DNA of 63,082 nucleotides from Vitrella brassicaformis CCMP3155. Taxonomy: Eukaryota > Protista > Chromerida. This document shows positions 51,802 to 63,082 of the stretch, in pieces. The notes under the pieces were generated by a model that saw only the letters and a program-made list of their open reading frames with translations, was not told where the DNA came from and ran no database searches. The first letter of the stretch is position 1, and the number at the start of each line of letters is the position of its first letter. Where the stretch lies: the NCBI GenBank assembly GCA_001179505.1, contig CDMY01000505.1, positions 1-63,082 of the forward strand. The letters are read 5' to 3'. Position numbers and translations under genes: made by a program.

Positions 51802-53963
51802 ATGGTTGAGAAGCTGCTGGATGGCGGTAAGGAAGCACAACGCCCATCCTCACAGCTGGACCAATCTTGATCTGTGTTTCTGTCGCATTGACTGACGCAG
51901 CTGATGGCTCCGCTGGTGACAGCAAGGGCGGGACGAGCGCCGCGCATCATGACGGTGAGGTGCCGCCGATGGTGAAGCCGACCAAGGCGTACAAGAACCA
52001 GGAGTGGCTCAACAGCCGCGCCGCACGGCACATGCGCATCATGTGCGAATACCTCGAGACCAAAGACAGGTACGTAAGGACGGTTGGTACCTACTGCTAC
52101 TTACTGCCCTGGTGGCAGGCACACATTCATTCAACAGACAGACAGACATCCGCCGCTCGAGTGGTGGTTGACTGAATCTGTCAGGCTGTGCTGTCTGTTG
52201 TCTCTCCCGCCGCCCGTCAGGTTGAAGCGTCACAATGTGCACTGCACCATTCTGTTCTTCGGCTCGGCCCGCTGCTTCCCTCACAAGGAGTACCAGCAGC
52301 AGCTCACAGAGGCCAAACAGGTCAGCTTAGCAGACAGGCACACAGACAGGAGTCATGCGACGACACCACACGACACACGCTCAAACAGCGCAGCGCAGCC
52401 TGACGCCTGTGTCTGCGTGGCTGTATACGTATGTCTGTATGTGATCGGCCAGGCTGTCGAGAGCGCCAAGAGCTTCGGTGACGCCAAGAAGGTAGAGGAG
52501 GCCGAGGCGAGGTACCACCGCATTCACAAGCTCGAGTGGATGTGCGACTACTGGGACAAAACGTACCTCCTCGCAAAGAAACTCACAGGTAGGGCCAACG
52601 ATCATCTATGGCACTCAGCGCAAACCCGTCTCTGTGTGTGTGTGTGTGTGTGTGAATGTGTGTGTGCAGAGTGGGCGATGACCGACACGTCGCGCCGTGC
52701 GATCTGGCGGATAGTGGAGGAGCTAGACGACCCGGTGGCCGACGATGACGAGCCGTCCACACACCTCAGACGTACTCAGCACACCCATCACATCACACAC
52801 AACACAACCATCGCATACATACATGTCCATCGCATCCATCCGTGTGTGCGGAGATACGATACATGTATGTATGGTGCGTATGGTGCAGATCACGCCCGTG
52901 AGCACATGCGTGACAGCATTGGTCCGGGTGACCTGTCCCCCCAGCAGCGCCAGAAGGTGGCGCACTCACCCAGCCCACTCATCATCTGCACGGGAGGCGG
53001 ACCGGGGTACGTGACGTCACAGAGGAGGGAATGAAGCAAACGCTCAAACACCACGTGGACTGGACACTTACTTGGCTGTGTCTGTCATGTTGCCCCCCCC
53101 TTGTATGTACGTACGTATGTGTCAGTTTGATGGAGGCGGCCAACAAGGGCGCCTACGACGTGCCGGGGGGGCGATCAATGGGTCGGCATAGATAGCATAA
53201 GGGGAGGGGAGGGGGCACGCATGGCATTCGCGGGCTTGTGTGTATGTATATATGCCTGTGTTGCAGGTATGGGGATCAGTCTGCCGTTTGAGCCCGGGCT
53301 GAATCCCTATGTGACGCCCGAGTTGGGTTTCGAGTTCCACTACTTCTTCACTCGCAAGTTCTGGATGGTCTACTGCACACTCGGTGAAACAGAGAGGCCA
53401 AGAGGGAGGCAGGGAGGGAGAGGGGGAGAGACGGACGGACGCAGCACACGTGACGTATGTCTGGTCTGTGTGTGTGTGAACAGCGTTGGTGTGCACTCCC
53501 GGCGGCCTCGGGACACTCGACGAACTGATGGAGGTGCTCACACTCAAACAAACCGGTAAGGGGACGGGCGCCGCAGTACACACACACCGTCCGCAGCAGC
53601 GCGTGTGCATCCGTTTGTCTGCCTGTTGGTTTGGTTGGCGCCGACAGGGAAGATCAAGCGCAGCATTCCGATCGTGCTGTTTGGATCCAAGTTTTGGAAG
53701 ACAGTGCTGAATGTGGATGCCTTGGTGGAGTACGGCACCATCTCATCCAAAGACAGAGACCAACTGTAAGCCTACTCGCTCGCCCACAGAGGGAGGGAGC
53801 CGTACGTATGGCTGCATGCATGTATGCATGTTGATTCCATCCTTTTCTGTCTGTCTGTCTGTCTGCGCCCCGCCCCCTGCGTGGCCTGGCCTGCAGGTTT
53901 TACACTGACAGTGTGGACGAGGCGTTCGAGCACATCACATCAATGATCGCCAGCGATGCGTAA
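51802..53963 (+). CDS. LOG: LOG-family phosphoribohydrolase (often annotated lysine decarboxylase-like)
   Basis: ILFFGSAR, ICTGGGPGLMEAANKGA, ISLPFEPGLNPYV, FHYFFTRKFWMV, PGGLGTLDE signature. Confidence 0.92.
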
Positions 53964-54612
53964 GCACCCAACCAACTTGACACACGAATTAAACTCTCTT
54001 CTCTATATCGTCTGTCTGTCTCTTGTGTGTGTGATGATACGTATCTGTCAGTTTGTTGCTGGGCAAAAAGTCACGGCCCGGCTCCTCCAAACAGCACAGG
54101 TGACGGAGCGACGCCTGCCCGGTGGTGGCGCCAGGCGATTGCTTTCCCTGCTGACTGACACGTCCCCATCCCCCCACATTTTTGCCGCTGCCTGCATCGC
54201 ATCCACTCAGCCATACCCCACACCCAGCCATCCAGCCATCCATGTTTTGATTTATGCCGCTTTCGCCCTTGTCCCCCCTCTCTCTCTCGTCGTCCGACAC
54301 ACGCTCTGCTGTGCATTTGTCGTGATGTGTCGCGGTGTCGTGTCTGTCGGACTCACTGGCTGCTTGCCTGGCCGGCCGGCTCTCTATAGTCGCGTGTCGG
54401 TCCGCCTCTATCCGTGTGCAGTGAGTGGATTTGCATGTGCGCTTTTTCGTGTGAGTCGTTCGGGACCTTTTTCAACGGAACCAAGTTAGGTATATGCACG
54501 CATTCGGTGGATTCAGGTGACCAACAGTTACTTACAGACAGGCCACAGTTCGCACGCGGACACACCACAGGCAGGAAGACCCACACAACACCACACCACA
54601 CCCACAAATGAG

Positions 54613-55416
54613 TCACTCGTCGGGCATCCTGCCTTTGGGTGCGATTTCCGTGAGCAAGTGGTGGAGTAGCAGGTCGGAGAAGGCCACATCGGACAGATTG
54701 CGGGGGGCGGGCCGCCCACACGCCTCAGACAACGCATACGCTATCTCGTGCTTGCACTGACACACACACACGGGAGGGGAGGGAGGTGGATGGGCGAATG
54801 GTCTTGTGAGCTTACGACGAGTTGCTCTTGGTGGCGGTGGACGGGCCCGCCCTGGTCGGGGCCTGACAGACAGCAACAGAAAGCACACCCACGCACACAC
54901 ATAAATACGTAGAGTCCATGCGGCGACTGCCCTGTGCCCTCACAGAAGACATGCGTGCATACGTACATGTGCAGAAGTGCCGCATGACCAGGTACACTAC
55001 ATCCTCCCTCTCGGTGCCCTGCACCTGCACACACACACGTGAACAGCAACAAATAGATGGATGGTGGATGCCATGGATGCAGCCAAGCCATCCGACCCAT
55101 TCGTCCCATGCCATCCTCAGCCACCCACCCTCCCATCCCGCCCACCAGTGCGAATGTGCGTCCAGATGCGCTGCGGAAGAGGGTGATTTTGTCCCTGTCG
55201 ATGATGGCAAGCGCCTTGCGCACACGCGTGTCGTCAAAGGCAGCCAGGTGCGCCAGGGCCGCATCGCTCACTGAACACACAAACCGGCCATACAGCCATG
55301 GATCTTGGCCGGCAGATCCGTCCACAGTTTTGTGTACCTTGGCCTTTGGTGCGAATGTGCTGCAGTATGTGGTCGAATGACGCGTCCAACCGCTCAAAAC
55401 CGTGGCGAGCCTGCAT
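54613..55416 (-). CDS. ZSWIM7: SWIM zinc-finger protein ZSWIM7/SWS1 (Shu complex)
   Basis: KALAIIDRDKITLFRSASGRTFALVQG, HFCTCP…CKH (CxC-x-CxH) and LSDVAFSDLLL parallel ZSWIM7 over its whole short length. Confidence 0.82.
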
Positions 55417-55571
55417 CTGCCCGGCACGTTAATTCGCACGTTTACGTCTGGGGGCCGCTGGCTTGCGCGCGTCTTTTGCCCCGTGTGCAGGTGGGCTCAC
55501 CTCTTGCGTTAATGTATGTATGTATGTATGTATGTGTGTGTCCTGCATTGAATGCATTAGTGTGCCTTGCG

Positions 55572-58500
55572 ATGGGTTCTACTTTGAGCAGCCACTCCAA
55601 CACGGCATTCGTCAGAACATGTACGGGCGTCCGGAAGAGTGACGGGGCGCTGTGCTGCGCGGGGATATCTGCTGGCTGGCTGGCATGTGATGTGTGGTGT
55701 GCGCCTTCATTGCAGGGGGCGACAAACAAGTTCGGAGCCTCATCCAGCAGTGGAGGTAGATTCACAAGAAGGCTTATGTTGTGAGTCTGTCTGTCCTCCA
55801 CGTGGGTGTCATGTAGGATTGGAGGGTTTGAGTGTTGCATGTCCGTCGACCTGCTGCACCAGCTGCAGCGATCCCTCGACGCATCACCCGCCCCAGTTGT
55901 GCCAGAGGAGGACATATGGCCCCCTGCCGCCTCGCCGGATGATAATTGCGAGTCGCCCCTGGACTTGTCTGTGTTCAGGACAACATTCCAGACATTCGAC
56001 CATGACTTCGATGGTGATTGAGGCTGGGGAGTTGCTGGGTGACGGTGGATGCCTCTGTGTGTGTGTGTGTGTGTGTGTGTGTCATTTGTTTGTTGTGCGG
56101 CAGGTCTTGTTGATATGTTTGAGCTGCTTGGCTACGTCATCCTGTGGTCGGACACCACATGGCAGCAAAAGGGACACGGTCAGCGGAACAAGATATGGTG
56201 CTCATGTGCGTCTGTCTGGATCGATATATCTTGTGTGTGCGGCGGGCGTCTGTCAGCTCTCTTCCAGTGTGTCAACTTCGGCCGCAAGGACTTCCTCTCG
56301 CACAATGACGTCGCTTTCCTCGTACGCACGTCAGCAGCTGGGCGTTTCAAACCCTTCCAGCCATTCTTACGCGTTAAGGCCTGAGTGTGTGTTTGTGCAG
56401 GTAGGTCTGGTGCTCCGTTCCCTCAGCAAGTCGGTGCACCTGGACCCGCCGTATGATGACGACAGGACATACCCTTTCGCAGTCGCCAAACAGGTCAGTG
56501 AGTGAGCAACGGATAGCCCCCACACGATACACACATATGAGTCCACATAGACATGTCGCTGCCGGCCCAGCTTCTGGCCACGTATGGCAGCCCCCACACG
56601 GTGTCTGATAGGGCTGGGTCTCTTCTCGTGAGGCCGTCGGTGGGCGGCAGTGTGGCCAAGGGGCCGCTGCAGATCACTGCCCTCACACAGGAGGCATTCA
56701 CTAAGGCGTAAGTAAGACGACACAGGGCATTGGTTGGCGATAGATATGCATACAGACATGTCTATCTGTGTACGGTGGGTATCTCCCGAATCATTCAGTT
56801 GGGATGAGGATGCGACGTGCCAGCAGCTGCGAACATTTGTCGACGACAATCTGGGTCTGTCAGTTCAGTCAATCACAAAGAGAGGACAGGACACACACAC
56901 GTTTGTCCCACTTCCACTCGTCCATCCATCGTCTGTGCGTGTCTGTCTGTCTGTCTGTGTGTTTAGTGAAGCCGCTGCCGATCTCTGTGGAGTCGGGTTT
57001 GGCCAAGGACATCAGGCTCGCAGAATACGACTGCCAAGAAAACCACACACAGGTGAGTGAGGTGGGCGGGTGGGTATCGATCGATGATGCAATCAATGGC
57101 GTATTTATCGCCACATCTGATCTGTCTCCCTCCCCCGCGATGCGATGGATGAACCTGTGTGTAGTTGAAGCGTCTGAGCTCCAAAGTCGACAGGCTGCGC
57201 AGCGAGAGGGTGCAGAGAGATGAACAGCAGCAACAAAGGTACACACACATGCAAAAGCCTCGGAACGAACGAGGCCAGCCACTCTCTTTCATTGCCTGCC
57301 GGTTTGTTTGCATGTCCGTGTGTTTGCAGCTACGAGCTGCTGTTAACTGCGATCGATAGTGGTGTGGCCAAGCTGAGTCGTTCCATCGACCTGCAGACCA
57401 AAGAGCTGCACCAACTCAACGAATCATACAACAAGGCAGGCAAACCCCATATTCACGCACACACGCATTGACCGACCATGTCTCGCTCCCTCTGTGTGTG
57501 AGTGTGTGTGTGTGTTGCGCAGACGTCCGAAGCCGACTTGGCTCAGAATCCGCGGAGTGCCAAGCACCACGCGCAGCTGCTGGCCTCCATACAAACCACC
57601 ATCAAACACTTCAAGGTAGCAGATGGCACTACACACACACGTTGGCTGGCCTTGTGTCTCCGGTGTCTGTCTGATGGTGTGTGCGTGGGGGGGGGGGCTC
57701 CGTTCGTTCGTTCAGTCTACGTTTTATTACTGTGCGAGTCTGTTTGACAAGGTCGTGGCACTCACATATGACGGTGGGCGGGTGGGATGGGTAGCTTGAC
57801 GACACCGGCAGGGCCGTTCGAACACTTTATCTGTCGCTATCCCTCCCTCTGTTCATGTGACGTGAACAGAGGGTTCCAAAGAGAGGGAAGATCTCTCCAT
57901 CACAGTCAGTCAGGAAGCAAACAAGTGTGTGTCACCAAGAATCCATTCTTCTGTGCCTCCCCGCCTTGTTTGTTTGTGTCTCCCATTCACTCCCCCAAGG
58001 TTGACTTGCGTTCCTCCGATCTGCCCTCCCCGCGGGACGACCCCACGCTGTCCCAGACACTGGCCCTCCTCAAGCAGCAGACAGACACCTTGGCCTCCCT
58101 GCAGCAGAGCCTCGCCAAGCAGCCGACAGACGTCCTGGTGCCGCTCCCATCGCCCAAAGAGCAGCCGAGGAAGGCCAAGGCAGCCCAGCGACCGGCGCGG
58201 GGCAACGTGCTGCCGGTCATATCGCTGCCAGGCAGGGCGGGCAAGAGGGACGAGAGGGACACGCCTGTGGATGAGGAGGGGCGGGCTTGGGAGGGTGAGG
58301 GTGGTGGTGAGGGGCGGGGGGACGAGCAGAGGAAGGAGCGGTGGGTGATGGTGAGGGCGGCCTTTGACCCCCCCGCAGAATACGGGCCGAACATGCTCAA
58401 ACTCAAGGCCGGCCAATACATCTATACGGTCGACCGGCCGGCCGCACACGCAAAGACAGACAGAGACACACACGATCGGATCCTGTTTGTGCCTATGGTA

Positions 58501-58663
58501 TGTGTGTGACATTTGTTTGTGAATGGCTGGGCTGCAGGCGTCTGGTGGTGAGGGCGAGGAGTCCGGTGCAGAGGGGTGGTGGTACGGGCAGACACAGGGT
58601 GGGACTGATGGGTGGTTTCCCTCATCCTACGTCAAGGAAATCACACAGCCACAGCACTCGTAA
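55572..58663 (+). CDS. N-myristoylated EF-hand protein with coiled coil and C-terminal SH3 domain
   Basis: MGSTLS start; EF loops FDHDFDGLVDMFEL and VNFGRKDFLSHND; SH3 VRAAFD…MLKLKAGQYI…GWWYG…GWFPSSYVKEI*. Some middle exon boundaries are uncertain. Confidence 0.75.
57436..57522 (+). other. Predicted non-canonical GC-AG intron
   Basis: AAG|GCAGGC…TTGCGCAG joins YNK|TSEAD in phase 0. I saw no GT donor at this exon end. Confidence 0.65.
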
Positions 58664-59328
58664 GTAATGGTATGGTGGATGAGGAGGGATCGGGAGGGGG
58701 GAGACAGACATGAACACATAAAGGGGTGGGCGGACTGATATATATGAGTCTTGTCGGTGAATGCGGTCTGGGAGTCAGCCAGCTGGTCTGTCTGTCTGCC
58801 TGCCTGCCTGTATGTGCGTGGCACGAGGGGTACTGTAGCAGCGACTAAGATTTACGAAAACCAAATGTGTCCGCACATGACAAGACAATCCTGTCTGTCA
58901 TCTCAGGCCTGCTGGAGTTTGCCTTGACTCCCCATAAAATGACCACTCATGAGCCACTTGCTTACTAACTTTACCCCTCCCTCCCTCCCTGCCACGGTCA
59001 GTCACATCACATTCAAGTGTATCTATCTACAGCCGCCAGCGCCATACTATCACTATACACACCATCCACCCAACCCTCCCTCTAGTAGTGCGAGCCTCTA
59101 CAACCGGCCGGCTACGGGAAAACAAAACAACCACCAACACGCACACACGCACACACACGCGGATACAAACATTATGTATGTATATATTTATGTTTGTAGC
59201 CCCTGATGTACCGTCCGTCCGTCTACTGAGTCAGCTGATGACATGTGCTCTCTGTGCTGTTTGTGTCGTCTCTTTCGCAAGGGGTCTTGATGATTGAGGC
59301 CGGCGAGACGGTTGGGCTGGCTCCCCGT

Positions 59329-62300
59329 CTACGGAGAGGGGAGGGCTGCACCGGACGGGGGAAGGGAGAGTGGGCACATGACACGTAGCCACCTACACAC
59401 GCACAGCCAGGTAGACAGACACCACACACAGAGAGGGTCAGTCCATCAGGCACTGACTGGGTGTGTCTGTGAGTGAGTAATTTAGTGAGTGAGTGGTGCA
59501 TGTCTGTCGACTGACTGACCTTCATCAGATGTTCGTTTCCTGCTGAGGACGGTGATAGCGAGTAGTGCCATGCCGAGGAAGGGCAGGAGCATCACCAGAG
59601 CCACGACCCTCCCACTCACCAAGTAGGATGACTCGCTCTCATTCTCGTGCTGCTGCTGCTGCTGCTGGTGATGGTGGTGGTGGTGGTGGTTGTCAGCACG
59701 CTCAGTGGGCTTGAGGTCGTACGGCGTCTGAAGGAATATATGAAGGCAGGCAGCCACATACATGCAATCAATGCATAGGCAGCCAGGTAGGGTATACGCC
59801 GCATCGCATCCATCCATCGATGCCATCGATGGATGGGATGGGATGGGATGCACAGACGTGTGTTTGAGTGTGTCTTGTGGCTCACTCACCTCCAGCCTTC
59901 TGTGTGGGGGCGGTTCGGCTGCCTCATGAGCCTGGTGGCCATATGCCGTGGCCACTGCAGTGGAGTTGTCTCCCCTTTGGTCTCCTCCACAGTCAGGCGG
60001 CCATGACCGGGTGGAAGTGTTGGACTCGCCGTCGTGCATGAGGCAGTCCAGGGCAGGGGACTGCTCATCCACACGACCGCCTGACGAGTCCTGATGTGGG
60101 AACAGCACACAGGCACAATCATGGCGGCTAACTGCTGCAGGTGCGTGTGTGCCTCCCTCCCTGCCTCCCTCACTGCAGCGGGTGGCGGGGTGGAGTAGTG
60201 AATGGCACTCCGTAAGGCCTCCTGACATACACCACACCAACCGCACACATACGTACAGAAAGTATCAATGAGTCGCTTGGGTCAGTCAACTCACCCACGC
60301 ATTCAGGTACCTACCTGTACAGCAGCTCGTGCGTTGACCATGCCGCCGTAAATCGTGCGGTTCTGTAGTGCCGGCAGTGGTGTGAGGGTCGACAGCAGCA
60401 CGTTGCGGAAGGCCTCGATGTCCCCACTCAGCTGGGGGTAGGCCGACAGGGCCAACGCAGCCACGCCACACACGAAGGGCGCTGACATTGACGTGCCGCT
60501 GTAATAGGCATACTTGCCCCATGTGATCGTCGAGAGGATCTGCTCGCCTGGCGCCCCCAGGTGGACCGTCTGCTTGCCGAAGTTGCTGTCCCACAGCAGC
60601 CCGCCGCTCTTGTCCACTGAGGCCACGTTGAGGATGTTTCGTATTTCCTCAGCGAAGGCCGCGGGGTACTGTTTGGTTGTGTCGAGGTCGATCATTTCGT
60701 TGCCCGCCGCCACCACAAACAGCTGCTTGGCCCAGGCCGATGAGCGAATGGCCTCCTCCAAGCCCCTGTCGTAGGGGCCGCCTCCCCAGCTGTTGCACGT
60801 GATGTCAGCTCCCATCACGATCGAGTAATCCAACGCACGAATCGCGTCAGACGTCCAGCCCTGCAGACAGACAGACAGAATAAATGAATGAAGCTAAATG
60901 GATGCGATCGACACGATGGATGCGAATGAGAGCCCCTCTGTCTGTCCCCTCTGTCCTCTCCCCACTCAGCTCACGTACGGTAGTGGCGGATGGGTCGTTT
61001 TCGTCGGCTCCCATGAACTTGAGCGACATGACCTTGACACGCTCGTTGCCGACCACACCAGCTATCCCCCGGGCATTGTTGGGGATGGCCCCGATGATAC
61101 CCATCACATGAGTACCGTGGCCTGCACACACACACACACAGGTGCACAGGTGCGTCTAGACATGTGTGTGGGGACTGACTGACCGTCTGAGTCGTATGGG
61201 TCTCCATCATTATTCCTGAAGTCGTAGCCGTACACGTCGTCGATGTAGCCTGCAACCAATGCAGCACAACATACATACCATAAGCCAACTGTCCAGCTGG
61301 GTGCCTGCCATGCACAGGAGGGCGTTAACTCACCGTTGCCTGCAAAGACGCACACGCACATCCGCATCCATCCATCCATCGATGCATCACTAACTCACTG
61401 TCTTGTATGTGGGATAGAAGCGTCAGTCTTTCTTTCTTGTCTCTGGCCTGGCCTTCCTCCTCACTCACTCACTCACCGTCATCATCGACTCCCTCCTGCC
61501 CGTTCAGCTCCGGCTGGTTGACCCAGAGGGAGCCCTGCAGGTCAGGGTGGTGATAGTCCACACCGCTGTCAATGACGGCAACCACGGGCACTTGTCTGTG
61601 GCGGGTCGGAACACTCGGCCTCTGCTGCTCCTGGGCAGCCTCTGATTCGTCCACCCGTGCGTGGGAGTATGCGCCAGCGGCCGATGCGGCCATGACGCTC
61701 TCACCTGTCCGCTCCCCTCCCCCTCCCTCCCCTATTGCCTGTCGCTCTGCCTCATCTTTGGGCGGCATCGTGGCATCGTCACCCCTCAAGTTGGTGTCAT
61801 CCGCCATCACGACGGCCTCTGTTTGGCCCATGTGGTGAGGATGACCATCGTAATGGCTGAGAATGTCCCAGGCTTCAGGGCCATCCACATCCATCATTGG
61901 GTGCTCCGCATTGTTGAGTGCCCACTGACGCGCATAGCCGGGGTCGTCAGGGCGCGCACCACCGGCGTGTGGGTGGACGGCCGTCGCTTCAGCCTGCGGG
62001 GGCCCGTGGGGCTCCACCAGCTCCACCTCACGACCGATGCGAGAGAGGGACCTGGTGCCACGTGGATGGCGATTGTGCGACAGAGGCCGCACAGCTTTGA
62101 GTTGTACGTCCCTCTCACACACTTCAACATCCAGATGGGCACGGATGGCGGTGCACAGGTTGTCGTGTTTCCACCGGCCGGGGTAGGACAGCACCTCTAG
62201 GCCAACGCCCTCCAGATAAGCCACCCTGGAGGCATCCACGTGCTCACCACTGGCATCGCTGGCTCTCCTCTCCCTCTCCCCCAACACTCCGAACCCACCG

Positions 62301-62554
62301 CTGGCGGCCAGCCGCCGTTGTCGGATGATTTCCTGCTTGTCGAGGAGCATGACGTGGCCGCCGCCCTCATGGTGCTCAACCAGGGCCGAGTGTTTGAGCA
62401 GGTGCTGCAGGCGTCGGTTCGGGCCCACAGAGGGCTGCCGCACCTTGACAATGGCCCGTGAAGGCGGCTGGTGGTCGAAGTGTGCAGCAGTGGACGTCAC
62501 TTGGATGTTGAGGGCGAGTGAGAGACCGCAGATAAACAGCACCGGTGGCACCAT
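59329..62554 (-). CDS. Subtilisin-like (S8) serine protease with signal peptide, prodomain and C-terminal TM helix (last exon uncertain)
   Basis: VVAVIDSGVD (Asp), GHGTHVMGIIGA (His), VVAAGNE (oxyanion Asn), SGTSMSAPFVCG (Ser); TM VVALVMLLPFLGMALLAITVL. Confidence 0.93.
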
Positions 62555-63066
62555 GAATAGTATGTAGATACCGTTCGGCGGTGGGACGTACGTATAGGGA
62601 GGGCACCTGGCAGCGCGAGAAAGGAAGCTTAGCGAACCGTTGTGTGGGTGTGGTGGGCAAGAATATAGCCCTCGGCCACCGACAGGGTCTTTGTCGTTGC
62701 ACTGCTGCCTCGCCGTTGTCGGGGCAACCATCTGTTCGCCTGACAGCCGGGAGACGATTACCTCTATCGTCTGGTCGTACCCAAAACCTCGTGGCCAGGT
62801 ACTTTAATTTCAATTCGGGCGGGCACTAATAATTCGAAACCCGAAATCCCGAAACCCCAACCCCAAATTTTGCGGTCCGTTGCTTCTTGCGGTGGTCCCT
62901 CCCATCTCGTGTGGCTTTTCATTCTGGAAGTGGAGACTGAGTATGTTTGAGGCGAGGCCCTCCATCTCGTGTGATCAGCCAAGAGACGACTACCTGTGTG
63001 ACATCGTTTGGTACGTACACACACTCGAGGGGGACACAGAGGCGGGCCTGCAGGCAGACAGACACA

Positions 63067-63082
63067 CCCCCCCCCCCCCCCC
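63067..63082. repeat. Terminal poly-C tract (the window also starts with C7)
   Basis: Read directly; G/C homopolymers also flank the gap at 22040. Confidence 0.85.

Noticed and set aside
62555-62731. Upstream extension of the subtilisin ORF
   Set aside because: It has a non-ATG start. ATG 62554 directly precedes the signal peptide.

Overview
This is intron-rich, gene-dense eukaryotic DNA (GC-rich exons; short introns packed with AC/GT, GACA/CTGT and TGGA/CCAT microsatellites). That style and a bipartite plastid-targeting leader suggest a chromerid alveolate such as Vitrella; this is an inference. I reconstructed about 22 spliced genes by hand. Well supported: a PX+WD40 protein, class II DnaJ, COQ2, a PLOD-like glycosyltransferase, VPS11, an aftiphilin-like AP-1 accessory protein, a membrane ankyrin protein, an LSD1/PAO-type amine oxidase, a UvrD/Srs2-like helicase, ARL1, a LOG-family protein, ZSWIM7/SWS1, a myristoylated EF-hand+SH3 protein and a membrane subtilisin. 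There are three 300-N gaps and two tandem duplications. I recognised no tRNA, rRNA, CRISPR array or transposon. The most interesting signals are: (1) complementary AC-first/GT-last intron microsatellites that could pair the splice sites; (2) a VPS11 tail with five NPF motifs; (3) an aftiphilin-like protein; (4) three exons of the helicase that are each 1 nt short of frame, plus its SIM-bearing tail; (5) a PLOD GT+AC protein lacking the hydroxylase domain; (6) a duplicated ubiquitin-like module with an 8-nt frameshifting deletion. Family calls come from motif recognition, not database searches, and exon boundaries are manual predictions.
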